Made by a program: the position numbers and the translations under genes
The notes under the pieces: model-generated
What the model was told of the DNA's origin: nothing
Database searches by the model: none
The model's input: the letters and a program-made list of their open reading frames with translations, nothing else
Assembly (NCBI GenBank): GCA_964508935.1
Contig: CAZDVY010000001.1
Span: forward strand, 7,493-71,492
Direction of reading: 5' to 3'
Length of the DNA stretch: 64,000 nucleotides
From: an uncultured Candidatus Competibacteraceae bacterium
GTDB taxonomy: Bacteria; Pseudomonadota; Gammaproteobacteria; Competibacterales; Competibacteraceae
Shown: positions 1 to 9,409 of the stretch, piece after piece
Numbering within the stretch: position 1 is the first letter of the stretch
Layout: the number at the start of each line of letters is the position of its first letter

Positions 1-422
1 GTTTTCGTCAGCACTTCCTGCAGGGTGTGGGCGAAATTCTCGATGATAACGATGACCGTCGCCCCAGAATCGATTAATTGATGCTCCAGTTCGCGCGGCG
101 TGTACAGTGGATTGACGTTGACGACGGTCAGGCCGGCCCGCAATGCGCCGAACAGCGCGATCGGATATTGCAGCGCATTGGGCATCATAATGGCGATCCG
201 ATCCCCTTTACTCAGCCCCCGCGCTTGCAACCAGGCGCCAAAATCGCGGCTGAGCCGGTCGATGTCCCGATAACGCAAGGTCACGCCCATATTGGAGTAG
301 GCCGGCAGGTTGGCAAACCGCTGGCAACTCTTTTCCAGAATGTCCTTGAGTGAGGCAAACTCGCTCAGATCGATCTCGGTCGGGACTCCCGTCGGGTATT
401 CTTTCAGCCAGATCTTTTCCAC
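1..422 (-). CDS. fadD: Long-chain-fatty-acid--CoA ligase (FadD-like), N-terminal ~140 codons only; gene runs off the left edge
   Basis: Absent from the ORF track because it is open at the window edge. Hand translation of the minus strand from GTG 422-420 (AGGAGG 8 nt upstream) gives [121 protein letters not shown]. This is collinear with the E. coli FadD N-terminus as I remember it (KVWLNRYPADVPTEIN...GDRVALMMPNLLQYP...[16 protein letters not shown]). Confidence 0.85.
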   Translation of the reverse strand, partial: MEKIWLKEYPTGVPTEIDLSEFASLKDILEKSCQRFANLPAYSNMGVTLRYRDIDRLSRDFGAWLQARGLSKGDRIAIMMPNALQYPIALFGALRAGLTVVNVNPLYTPRELEHQLIDSGATVIVIIENFAHTLQEVLTK

Positions 423-531
423 CTTCTTATCCTCCTGTGAATTTGTTTTCTTAGCCGGGGAGGCTCCTCACTGGAAAAACGCCCCGCTTCAACCAAACTT
501 GGGGTAAATCCCCTGCCGACTCCATCCGCCA

Positions 532-1191
532 ATGCCTCCCTCCGAACCCGTACTACTCATGAAAACCCGTGACCGCATTTTGCAGACCAGCCTGCAACTG
601 TTCAATGAACACGGCGAACCCCGTATTACGACCAACCATATCGCCGATGAATTGGACATCAGTCCGGGTAATCTGTACTACCACTTCCGTAACAAGGACG
701 ACATCATCTGGCTGTTGTTCCAGCAGTTCGAGCGGCAGATGGACGCGGCCCTCCAGGTCCCGGAGCGGCGGGTGCCTAACATGGAAGATATGTGGCTTTA
801 CCTGCATCTGGCCTTTGAGAATATCTGGGAATATCGGTTCTTCTACCGCGATCTCGATAATATATTGAGTAGAAACAAGAAATTGCGCACCCACTTTCGG
901 CGCATTATCGAGCGCAAGGTGAACACCGCCGTCGCCATCTGCACGGGTTTAGCTGAAGCCGGCATTATGAATGCTACGCCCGATGACATCGCCGCGCTCG
1001 CCCGCAATATCGCGGTCGTCGCGACCTATTGGCTGAACTTTCAGGGCATCCGCGCCAGTGTCGCCACCTCGCGCAACGACAGCGATCACCTGGCGATGGG
1101 CGTTTATCAGGTCTTGTCACTGGTTGCGCCGTTTTTGAAAGGTGAAGCCCGGGCACTACTCCAGCAAATCAGCCGCGAGTACCTGAAGTGA
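532..1191 (+). CDS. TetR/AcrR-family transcriptional regulator
   Basis: N-terminal HTH RILQTSLQLFNEHGEPRITTNHIADELDISPGNLYYHFRNKDDII is the TetR signature. Divergent from fadD, the typical layout for a fatty-acyl-CoA-responsive repressor. ATG at 559 is an alternative start. Confidence 0.85.
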   Translation: MPPSEPVLLMKTRDRILQTSLQLFNEHGEPRITTNHIADELDISPGNLYYHFRNKDDIIWLLFQQFERQMDAALQVPERRVPNMEDMWLYLHLAFENIWEYRFFYRDLDNILSRNKKLRTHFRRIIERKVNTAVAICTGLAEAGIMNATPDDIAALARNIAVVATYWLNFQGIRASVATSRNDSDHLAMGVYQVLSLVAPFLKGEARALLQQISREYLK

Positions 1192-2425
1192 TTTCCTCCA
1201 GCCGATCCAGCGTTGCGCTCAATTCCCGCACCAGCCGTCCACGATAGGGGGTCGGAGCCGCCAACCCTCGCTGGTTGCGCAAGCTGCTGTAATAGTGCCG
1301 GTCACGATCTTCCAGTACATCCAGCCGCATACGGATGCCATGCCGGGCTAATATCGGCTCCAGCTCCGCACGCCGGGCCAGCAAATCCTGACGAGTAGTT
1401 TGATAGGCGTGTTCGCACACCCAGCGCCGACCGGAAAAGCTGAATACATTGGTAAAAAACATCTTGGCGTCGTCGCGGTTCGGCTCGAACAGGATGACGT
1501 CGGAATGCTCGAACTCGGTATTGTACTTCTCCATTCCCACCTGCAACCGTGAATGGATCAGCGCGCGGAAGGTCTGGGACAGCACCGCCGGCAGTCCCCC
1601 TTCTACCAAGCGTCCGACCTGCGTCGGCCGCCCCGCCGCTGCGGCCAGGCGGGCGTCGAAAGGCACCAACGGATTGAGGCAGAACAGCAGATCGAGGTCC
1701 TCCTGCAAGGCGACCGAGGCGTGCATGGTTTTGCGCAGAGCGCCGTCCACAAAATAGCGTCCGTCGATCTTCACCGGCGGATACAGACCCGGCAACGCCG
1801 TGCTGGCCTGCACCGCCCGGGAAATCCGCACCCGATCATAACCCGGTGCGCCAAATTTCACCGATTCGCCGGTATCCAGATCAACCGCCACTACATACAG
1901 CTTATTTGGCAACTGGCGAAAATCGTCGGTGCGGCCCGGCATGCTCCACATCCGGGACAGATATTCGTAAATCGGTTCGTTGTCGAAAACGCCGGCTGGC
2001 AACGCTTGTCCTAATCGGGTTAACGATTGCAGGAAGCTCGAATCCAGGGGATTTTGCAGATAGTGCCTGCAGGATTCCCACAACAGTTTCGGCACCGACA
2101 ACAACCGCCGCCAGTATTCGCCAAAGGCTGGCGTCAGGAAAATCTGCGGATCGAGCGGGTGTTCTTCAGATTCGTTGCTGATAAACGTATGGCAGATTTG
2201 CCCGGTTTTCATCCGGTTGGCCAGTAGCGCTGCGACTACCGCGCCGGCGCTGACTCCGACATAAACGTCGAGGTCGTTGAAATCGATGCCAGTGAGCGCC
2301 TCGTCGAGCGCCCGCAAAGCGCCGATTTCGTAGATCAGCCCCACCGGCCCGCCGCCGGCAACCGCCAAGCCAATGCGAGGGCCGCTGGCCTGACGCTGAA
2401 TGCTTTCCGGCTGAGTGACGAGCAT
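1169..2425 (-). CDS. Patatin-like phospholipase/lipase
   Basis: Gly-rich oxyanion loop GLAVAGGGPVG, nucleophile elbow GVSAG (G-x-S-x-G) and FVDGALR (catalytic Asp) form the patatin Ser-Asp dyad pattern. 418 aa. Its 3' end overlaps the tetR 3' end by 23 nt (convergent). Confidence 0.85.
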   Translation of the reverse strand: MLVTQPESIQRQASGPRIGLAVAGGGPVGLIYEIGALRALDEALTGIDFNDLDVYVGVSAGAVVAALLANRMKTGQICHTFISNESEEHPLDPQIFLTPAFGEYWRRLLSVPKLLWESCRHYLQNPLDSSFLQSLTRLGQALPAGVFDNEPIYEYLSRMWSMPGRTDDFRQLPNKLYVVAVDLDTGESVKFGAPGYDRVRISRAVQASTALPGLYPPVKIDGRYFVDGALRKTMHASVALQEDLDLLFCLNPLVPFDARLAAAAGRPTQVGRLVEGGLPAVLSQTFRALIHSRLQVGMEKYNTEFEHSDVILFEPNRDDAKMFFTNVFSFSGRRWVCEHAYQTTRQDLLARRAELEPILARHGIRMRLDVLEDRDRHYYSSLRNQRGLAAPTPYRGRLVRELSATLDRLEEITSGTRG

Positions 2426-2455
2426 GTGGCCTCCGTTAATCGTTCGGGTTATTTG

Positions 2456-3793
2456 CTATGCAATCGCCAACTGGCTTGCCCGGATCGCCAGCTCCGCGAT
2501 TTCCGCCTCAAATCCAGCGACTAATTCCCCCGGTTCGGCGACGATCCCGCTATCGGTCGTCACTCCAACGGTGATGGCTCCGACATAGCTCAATACGCAA
2601 AATCCCACGCCGATCCCGGTGATTTGCGGCACCCAGGCCAACCCACGCGCGACTGGAGCGCCCGCCAGATACAGCGTCTCCTCGGGCCCTGGCACATTGG
2701 TCAGCACGGCTGTCGCCTTGGTCCCAAACAGCCGGATAATCCAGCGTTCCAGTCGGTCGGGCAGATGGCCGACCAGGCGAATCAGTGTCCGGTTCGCGAC
2801 AGCTTCCGGCGAGGCTTTGACTCGCTCCATGCGCGCCCGCACTGCCGCCAGTCGCGTGACGGGATCGGGAATGTCCAGCGGCAGTTTCAGAAAGATCACG
2901 GCAAACTGATTGCCCAATTGAATCTCTTCCTGGTACGGTCGCAGATTGACCGGCACCACCCAGCGCGCGGTCAGCCCAGGCCGCATCTCGCCGCGCGCCC
3001 GCAGATAGCGCCCCACAGCACCCGCCACTGCCGTCAACATCACATCATTGACCCTTCCGCCCAGACGCTGGCGAATATCAGCGATGTCGCTCAGTGGAAT
3101 CGGCACCGTCCACGCCATACGCTTGCGCCCGTTCAACGGTCTGCGCAGGAGGGTTCGCGTATCCGGTAGCAACCCGGCCTGCCGCAGCAGCGCCGCCATA
3201 AACGCAGCCCCCCACCGGACCCGTTCCAGCCCACTGGGCGGCGGCTTGATCGCCTTGGTAGTTTTCGCCGCCAACCGGGCTTGTTTCCGCCGTTCCTCCA
3301 GCGCCGCGCTCGCCCCGTTCACATGTGGCGTCCGATCCGCCAACGCCAGAAAAACCCGGAGCAGCGCAATCCCGTCAGCGATGCAGTGATGGACCCGGAA
3401 CACGACTGCACTGCCCGCACCCGCATTCCCTACTACAACGCAGCGCCATAACGGCTGGCCCATATCGAGAGGCTGACTGGCGATTTCACCAACCAGTGCT
3501 TCCAGCGCCGATGGATCGACCGCTTCCGGCAATCGCCGCCATTCAAGGTGGTTGTTCAGATCAAATGTTGCATCTTCGACCCAGGCATAACGGATGCCTC
3601 GCTGGACCAGCCGTTGGCGGAACCGGGCGAAGGACAACAACCGATTTTGCAAAGTCGCTTGCAGCCGTTCCTCATCCAGTGGCGTCGCTAACAACAACAT
3701 GATGGTGACCACCATCGGCTGTATAGGCGTATCCATCCGCGCCCAGGTTACATCGCCCCAGTCGGCCCATTCCCAGGCAGCGTCGGTAATCAT
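2456..3793 (-). CDS. Wax ester synthase/acyl-CoA:diacylglycerol acyltransferase (WS/DGAT), copy 1
   Basis: 445 aa with the acyltransferase active site HHCIADGIAL (HHxxxDG) and WS/DGAT-like C-terminal region (NVPGPEETLYLAGA). Confidence 0.85.
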   Translation of the reverse strand: MITDAAWEWADWGDVTWARMDTPIQPMVVTIMLLLATPLDEERLQATLQNRLLSFARFRQRLVQRGIRYAWVEDATFDLNNHLEWRRLPEAVDPSALEALVGEIASQPLDMGQPLWRCVVVGNAGAGSAVVFRVHHCIADGIALLRVFLALADRTPHVNGASAALEERRKQARLAAKTTKAIKPPPSGLERVRWGAAFMAALLRQAGLLPDTRTLLRRPLNGRKRMAWTVPIPLSDIADIRQRLGGRVNDVMLTAVAGAVGRYLRARGEMRPGLTARWVVPVNLRPYQEEIQLGNQFAVIFLKLPLDIPDPVTRLAAVRARMERVKASPEAVANRTLIRLVGHLPDRLERWIIRLFGTKATAVLTNVPGPEETLYLAGAPVARGLAWVPQITGIGVGFCVLSYVGAITVGVTTDSGIVAEPGELVAGFEAEIAELAIRASQLAIA

Positions 3794-3879
3794 AGGGTCA
3801 CTGTTCCTTCAACCGGAGGATGCTCTTTGACGGTTCCATACTGGCGTTCATTTTGGCAACAGAAATTAGAATGAACACC

Positions 3880-5385
3880 CTAACGAGGTGCTTTTGAACG
3901 ACTGTCCGGCCCAGCCAGTGCTTGGATAGACTGTTCGATCTGGCGGGCGTCCAGCTCTTCACCCCAGGGACTCATCAGAGTAATAAACAGGAGTTTGTCG
4001 AACTCGCCGGCAAACCGGCTGACGACCGCCTCCGGATCATCAACCAGTTTCCGGTCGGCCACCACCCCAAAATGCACCCGGTTATGGTAGCTCAGGATAC
4101 TGACACCCATACCAATCTGACCGGATTGCGGCACCCAGAACATCATTTCGGCCATACGGGCGCCGCCCAAATAAATCGCCTCATGCGGGCCTGGGACATT
4201 GGTCATGACCGCCGATGCCTTATTGCTCAGAATTTCCAGCAACGACTGTTGCAATATATTAGGTCCCATACCGACAGTGCCGAGCAGACCCAGCGCCAGA
4301 ATTGGCTGGTAGGACTCCTTCAACTCGTTCATCCGCCGCCGTACTTCGTACACCCGCTCCAGCGGATTGGCGACGCCCACCGGCAGCGCCAGGAATACCA
4401 GACCGAAGAAATTGCCCAAATTGGCGGCCTTGTCCAACGGCCGCAGATTGACCGGGATCACCGCGCGCACTTGCAGATCTTGGGGAACCGGATCGCCCTG
4501 CTCAATCAAGTAGTCGCGCAAGGCCCCCGCGACAGCAGCCAGCAGGACATCATTGACCGAACCGCCCAGCGCCTTGCCGACGGCCTTGACCTCGCGCAAG
4601 TCCAATGGCTCAGCCCAGGCCACCCGTTTGGACACCCCCAGATCACCCTTGAAGCGGGTTTTGGAATCGTCTTTCATCAGCGCCAAACGGGCGATTTCTG
4701 CCGCCAGTCGCGCCCCATTACGGGCGTAGTCGAGCACATGAGCAGGATGTCGGACGATATCAGCACCCTCATCGACCAGCCCCCGGCCCAGCTTGAGGGT
4801 GGTGTTGACCATTTTGTCGACCGGTTCAAAAAAGCGCTGGAAAATGCCTGATTCCTCAGCGTGCTCCGTTTCCTCCTCGGTCATCAGGGGCAGCGCATGG
4901 GGTTCGGGGTCCGTCAGCGACAACAGAACGTGAATCAGGGCGATGCCATCGGCGTAGCAATGATGGATGCGCAAAATGACGGCGCTGCCGCCCTGATAGT
5001 CCTCCACCAGATGGAACTGCCACAGCGGCTTGGAAAAATCCAGCGGCGTACTCATCAGGTCGCTGGCCAGATTTTGCAGTTCCACCTTGTCGGCGCGGCC
5101 CGGCAGCGCGGTGCGCAAGACATGCCGGCTGATGTCGAAATAGGGATCGCTCTCCCAAAAGGCACCTGCGGCCTTCTGTACCGCGAGTTGCGTGAATCGC
5201 CGGTATTTCAGAAAACGGGCTTCGATCACCTCCCGCAACCGGTCATAGTCCAGCCTTCCGGCAAAGATCATCACTCCGGTAATCATCATCAGATTGGTAG
5301 GCCGCTCCATGCGCAACCAGGCGGTATCGATCCCTGAGATGCGCTCGCTGTCTTTTTTCTTGGGCATAAAGAAATCCAGAATCAT
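3880..5385 (-). CDS. Wax ester synthase/acyl-CoA:diacylglycerol acyltransferase (WS/DGAT), copy 2
   Basis: 501 aa, active site HHCYADGIAL, C-terminal NVPGPHEAIYLGGA. Tandem to copy 1 but clearly divergent from it. ATG at 5367 is an alternative start. Confidence 0.85.
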   Translation of the reverse strand: MILDFFMPKKKDSERISGIDTAWLRMERPTNLMMITGVMIFAGRLDYDRLREVIEARFLKYRRFTQLAVQKAAGAFWESDPYFDISRHVLRTALPGRADKVELQNLASDLMSTPLDFSKPLWQFHLVEDYQGGSAVILRIHHCYADGIALIHVLLSLTDPEPHALPLMTEEETEHAEESGIFQRFFEPVDKMVNTTLKLGRGLVDEGADIVRHPAHVLDYARNGARLAAEIARLALMKDDSKTRFKGDLGVSKRVAWAEPLDLREVKAVGKALGGSVNDVLLAAVAGALRDYLIEQGDPVPQDLQVRAVIPVNLRPLDKAANLGNFFGLVFLALPVGVANPLERVYEVRRRMNELKESYQPILALGLLGTVGMGPNILQQSLLEILSNKASAVMTNVPGPHEAIYLGGARMAEMMFWVPQSGQIGMGVSILSYHNRVHFGVVADRKLVDDPEAVVSRFAGEFDKLLFITLMSPWGEELDARQIEQSIQALAGPDSRSKAPR

Positions 5386-5587
5386 TGGGAACTCGGTTGC
5401 TCCAATGCGGCCACCGGATGGCCCTGCATTCTAAGCTGCCGGATTACAAGGAACTTTGACAAATTGGCCGGGGTCTTTTGCTGAACGATGGCTTAGCCAC
5501 TACATGCAATCGGTGATTCGGCAGATTCGGTTATGGTTATAATCATTATTGACTCCATGAAAAACGCCAACTTGAGAGCTTCCAGAC

Positions 5588-5848
5588 ATGTCCGATCTTG
5601 CCGCCCGTTTCCAGACTGCCGCCGCCGACAGCAAAAAACTCAGCCAGCGCCCCGATAACGACACCCTGCTCAAGCTGTATGCCACTTTCAAGCAAGGATC
5701 GAACGGCGATGTCGAAGGCAAGCGGCCCGGCTTCACTGATCTGGTGGGCCGCGCCAAGTATGACGCCTGGGCCAAGCTGAAGGGTATGCCTAAAGAAGAA
5801 GCCATGCAGCAGTATATTGACCTGGTCGAATCGCTCAAAAACGCTTAA
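5588..5848 (+). CDS. Acyl-CoA-binding protein (ACBP)
   Basis: 86 aa. LLKLYATFKQGSNGDV...KRPGFTDLVGRAKYDAWAKLKGM matches the four-helix ACBP signature (Y.L(Y/F)KQ...GD... K(W/Y)DAW). Confidence 0.85.
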   Translation: MSDLAARFQTAAADSKKLSQRPDNDTLLKLYATFKQGSNGDVEGKRPGFTDLVGRAKYDAWAKLKGMPKEEAMQQYIDLVESLKNA

Positions 5849-5883
5849 TCCCACCCACAGCCCTCCCTGCAAGGGGAAAGGCG

Positions 5884-6369
5884 TCATGAACGCGGCGGCG
5901 GTTCCTGATCCTCCGGGCGGGGTCGCAACAGGCTTAATCCGCTCTCAACCAGCGACGAGCCGGTGCGAACCACCTTCCGGGCGGTTCGATCCAATAAATC
6001 ACCCGCGTTCAGCCCAGTCAGCGCATCGGTAAATCCTTTTCGCACCTCCTCCCGGAACGCTGGCAGGCTGTCCAGCGCCGCATCCCGAAATCCCGTGGTC
6101 AATTCCCCCCGAATCTGCGGCAGCAATTCGGCTGCGGCGTCCTCTACCCCGCAACGAACCTGGGTGCGCAACGGCTCCAGCAATTCCTGGCCCGCCGCTC
6201 CGGCTCCAGCCTTGACCCGCTTCTCCAGCAGATCCGCGAACGCTGCCCACTGCGCTTCCAGTTGCGGGCGAACCCACCACTGGAACGCCAGCCAACCCAG
6301 CGCCAGCGTCGCCAGGCTCGACGCCAGGGCGACGGTAACAACGAGCATGAACCATTGTCCGCCACTCAT
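5884..6369 (-). CDS. Hypothetical membrane-anchored protein with three ~19-aa helical repeats
   Basis: ATG at 6369 preceded by GGAGGG. N-terminal TM helix WFMLVVTVALASSLATLALGWLAF. It is followed by the repeats ELLEPLRTQVRCGVEDAAA / ELLPQIRGELTTGFRDAAL / DSLPAFREEVRKGFTDALT. No family recognised. Confidence 0.55.
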   Translation of the reverse strand: MSGGQWFMLVVTVALASSLATLALGWLAFQWWVRPQLEAQWAAFADLLEKRVKAGAGAAGQELLEPLRTQVRCGVEDAAAELLPQIRGELTTGFRDAALDSLPAFREEVRKGFTDALTGLNAGDLLDRTARKVVRTGSSLVESGLSLLRPRPEDQEPPPRS

Positions 6370-6484
6370 TGACTGTTTTCCCTCCGCATGTCATTACCAA
6401 TAAACCAATGATTTTCGGCATTCCGAAATCTATAATCGTTAATTGTCATCACTAAAATACCACTCAACGTGGAGCCTAACGATT

Positions 6485-8470
6485 ATGAATTACTTCGTCA
6501 CCGGCGCTTCCGGGTTCATCGGCCGTCGCTTGGTTGAAAAGCTGCTGCAACGTCAGGACAGCACCGTCTATTATCTGATTCTGGAGCGTGAACTGCCCAT
6601 GGTGGAGGTTCTGCGTCAGCGCTGGGGCCAGCATGCTGACCGCACCATGCCGATTGTCGGCGACCTGACCCAGCCCCGTCTTGGGGTGTTAGACAACGAT
6701 CTCGCCCGACTCAAGGGCAGCATCGATCACCTGTTCCATCTGGCAGCTATTTACGATTTCAAGGCCAGTGCCGAGGTCCAGGAAAAGGTCAACATCCAGG
6801 GGACCCGCAACGTCGTCGCTTTCGCTGAGGCGATTGAAGCAGGATGCTTTCACCTGACCAGCTCCATCGCCGCTGCTGGTCTGTACGAAGGCGTGTTCCG
6901 CGAGGACATGTTCGAAGAGGCTGAGGAACTCAGCAATCCCTACTATCGCACCAAACACGAATCAGAAGGCATCGTCCGCCACGAATGCTCACGCCCCTGG
7001 CGGGTCTATCGGCCGGGCATTGTGGTCGGCGATTCACGCACCGGCGAAATGGATAAAATCGACGGCCCCTACTATTTCTTCAAACTGATTCAAAAAGTGC
7101 GTAACCTGTTGCCGCCCTGGATGCCGATGGTCGGCCTGGAAGGCGGCCGGCTGAATCTGGTGCCGGTCAATTTTATCGTTGACGCCATGGATCATATCGC
7201 CCACCAGCCCGACCTGGATGGGCAGTGCTTCCATCTGGTCGATCCCAAACCGCACCGGGTCGGCGACATTCTCAACCTGTTCGCCCGTGCGGGACATGCG
7301 CCGGAAATGACCCTGCGGGTCAACGCCTTGATGTTCGCGTTCGTGCCGCAGATCATTAAAGCCGGGCTGGCGCAATTGAAGCCGGTGCGGCGCATCCAGG
7401 ACCAGATTCTCAAGGATCTCGGCATTCCGGCGGACGTCATGGGGTTGATCAACTATCCGACCCGCTTTGACTGCCGCGAGACCCTGAAAGCGCTGAAGGG
7501 TACTGACATCGCCGTGCCGCCATTGGAAACCTACGCCTGGAAGCTGTGGGACCACTGGGAGCGTCATCTCGACCCCGACTTGTTTGTCGACCGCAGCCTG
7601 AGCGGCGCCGTCAAAAACAAGGTGGTGTTGATCACCGGCGCTTCCTCCGGCATTGGCAAAGCCGCCGCGATCAAGATCGCCGAAGCCGGCGCCAGGACGC
7701 TCATCGTGGCCCGCAACGAAGAAAATTTGCTCGAAACACAACGGGAAATCCAGGAACACGGTGGTGTAGCGTTCATCTACACCGCGGATGTCGCCGACAT
7801 CGCCTCCTGCGATACGCTGGTGCAACAGGTGCTGAATGATCACGGTGGGGTGGACATTCTGGTCAACAATGCCGGGCGCTCGATCCGCCGGGCCATTGAG
7901 AACTCGCTGGATCGCTTCCATGATTACGAGCGCACCATGCAGCTTAATTACTTCGGCGCACTGCGGCTGATCATGGGCTTCATCCCGGCCATGCTGGCCA
8001 AAAAACGTGGCCATGTGATTAACATTTCTTCGATTGGCGTGCTGAGCAACGCACCGCGCTTTTCAGCCTACGTCGCCTCCAAAGCGGCGCTCGATGCCTT
8101 CTCGCGCTGCGCGGGTGCGGAATTCGCCGACAGCGGCATCGAATTCACCACCATCAACATGCCCCTGGTGCGCACGCCGATGATCGCCCCGACCAAGATC
8201 TATCAGCACATCCCGACACTGAGTCCCGAAGAAGCTGCTGATCTGATTGTCCAGGCCATCATTTCCCGACCGGAACGCATCGCCACTCGGGTGGGCGTCT
8301 TCGCCCAGGTACTGCACGCGGTCGCGCCCAAACTGTACGCAGTGATCATGAATACCGCATTCCGGCTGTTCCCCGAGTCGACAGCGGCCAAAGGACCGTC
8401 GACCGACGCCCAGGAACCTTCGCTAGAGCAGATTTCCTTTGCACAGTTCACCCGGGGGATTTACTGGTAA
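6485..8470 (+). CDS. Two-domain fatty acyl-CoA reductase (alcohol-forming; NAD-binding reductase domain + C-terminal SDR domain)
   Basis: From ATG 6485 (MNYFVTGASGFIGRRL, Rossmann motif; YYRTKHESE = YxxxK) to a second SDR module (VVLITGASSGIGKAAA, NNAGRS, YVASKAAL). 661 aa, the architecture and size I recall for Marinobacter Maqu_2507-type reductases. The ORF-track start at 6443 is TTG. Confidence 0.8.
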   Translation: MNYFVTGASGFIGRRLVEKLLQRQDSTVYYLILERELPMVEVLRQRWGQHADRTMPIVGDLTQPRLGVLDNDLARLKGSIDHLFHLAAIYDFKASAEVQEKVNIQGTRNVVAFAEAIEAGCFHLTSSIAAAGLYEGVFREDMFEEAEELSNPYYRTKHESEGIVRHECSRPWRVYRPGIVVGDSRTGEMDKIDGPYYFFKLIQKVRNLLPPWMPMVGLEGGRLNLVPVNFIVDAMDHIAHQPDLDGQCFHLVDPKPHRVGDILNLFARAGHAPEMTLRVNALMFAFVPQIIKAGLAQLKPVRRIQDQILKDLGIPADVMGLINYPTRFDCRETLKALKGTDIAVPPLETYAWKLWDHWERHLDPDLFVDRSLSGAVKNKVVLITGASSGIGKAAAIKIAEAGARTLIVARNEENLLETQREIQEHGGVAFIYTADVADIASCDTLVQQVLNDHGGVDILVNNAGRSIRRAIENSLDRFHDYERTMQLNYFGALRLIMGFIPAMLAKKRGHVINISSIGVLSNAPRFSAYVASKAALDAFSRCAGAEFADSGIEFTTINMPLVRTPMIAPTKIYQHIPTLSPEEAADLIVQAIISRPERIATRVGVFAQVLHAVAPKLYAVIMNTAFRLFPESTAAKGPSTDAQEPSLEQISFAQFTRGIYW

Positions 8471-8679
8471 CAGTCACCGGTTGGCTTCTGACTGCGTCTT
8501 TTTAATGCAGGCGGCGCGCGGTCCGGGAGCTTTTCCCCACCGGCTGGTCAAAGAAACCGGCAGGAAAAGCCGCCGAACGAATAGAATCCCTGCTGCGCGG
8601 CTCCAGAAAATCCGCATTCTGGAACTGCCAACCAATGGACCTGGAAATCTTTACTGAAACCACCCGTGAGAGCAGAACA

Positions 8680-9144
8680 ATGAAACTGAAAATTGGCGAT
8701 CCCGCCCCCCAGTTCACCGCGACAGCCACCGATGGCAGCCCCATTAAATTGTCCGATTACTTCGGACGAAAACTGGTGCTGTACTTCTACCCGATGGACG
8801 ACACCCCAGGCTGCACCAAACAAGCCTGTTCACTTCGCGATCATGATCAGGAAATTCAGGCCAAGGATGCAGCCATTCTCGGCGTTTCCACGCAAGATGC
8901 CGCCTCCCACCAGCGTTTCACGGAAAAATACAATCTTAGTTTCCCCCTGGTCGCCGATACTGACGGTGCCGTCAGCCGCGCCTACGGAGCCATAGGCAGC
9001 GGTGGACTGATGGGGACCGCAATGAACTTGTTCGGAGTTGCCAATCGCATCACTTTCATTATCGATGAAAGCGGTCATATCGCCCACATCATCGACAAGC
9101 CCGACTGCGCCAAACATGCCGAGGAAGTACTCAAACTACTTTGA
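8680..9144 (+). CDS. bcp: Thiol peroxidase Bcp (peroxiredoxin Q type)
   Basis: MKLKIGDPAPQFTA...LVLYFYPMDDTPGCTKQACSLRD carries the peroxidatic/resolving Cys pair in PGCTxxxC. 154 aa from ATG 8680, collinear with E. coli Bcp. Confidence 0.9.
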   Translation: MKLKIGDPAPQFTATATDGSPIKLSDYFGRKLVLYFYPMDDTPGCTKQACSLRDHDQEIQAKDAAILGVSTQDAASHQRFTEKYNLSFPLVADTDGAVSRAYGAIGSGGLMGTAMNLFGVANRITFIIDESGHIAHIIDKPDCAKHAEEVLKLL

Positions 9145-9409
9145 TGCCTTCCCCAACCTGTTGATCTTCAAGTGATTAAATCCGAGTCTACCTTGAACTG
9201 GCTTTTTATACCGTTTTTTAAAGACCGACTCACAAACTGGATTGTTTTATTGAAGATCATCAGTGCGGGGCTTTTCGCACAATTCGGGTAAACTATCCAT
9301 GCTTTCTTCAACGATACCCGGACCGTTCAGCCAGAACCGCACACATGGTTAAACTTTGGACATCCACGTCGATCCACGCTGCGCCCAGTTCTCTGGCGGA
9401 GGCTCTGCG

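Noticed and set aside
3922-4851. 309-aa ORF on the plus strand
   Set aside because: It is antisense to WS/DGAT copy 2, which has the HHxxxDG site in the minus frame. This is a shadow ORF.
7034-8014. 326-aa ORF on the minus strand
   Set aside because: It is antisense to the fatty acyl-CoA reductase gene. It has no recognisable motif and a His/Gln/Gly/Arg-rich composition. The sense frame carries Rossmann and SDR signatures.
9162-9259. 10-bp inverted repeat tgatcttcaa ... ttgaagatca flanking ~80 bp of AT-rich spacer upstream of the locus-A PP2C
   Set aside because: Several 10-bp inverted repeats within 100 bp are expected by chance in 64 kb. It does not extend and has no second copy, so I did not call it a MITE or operator.
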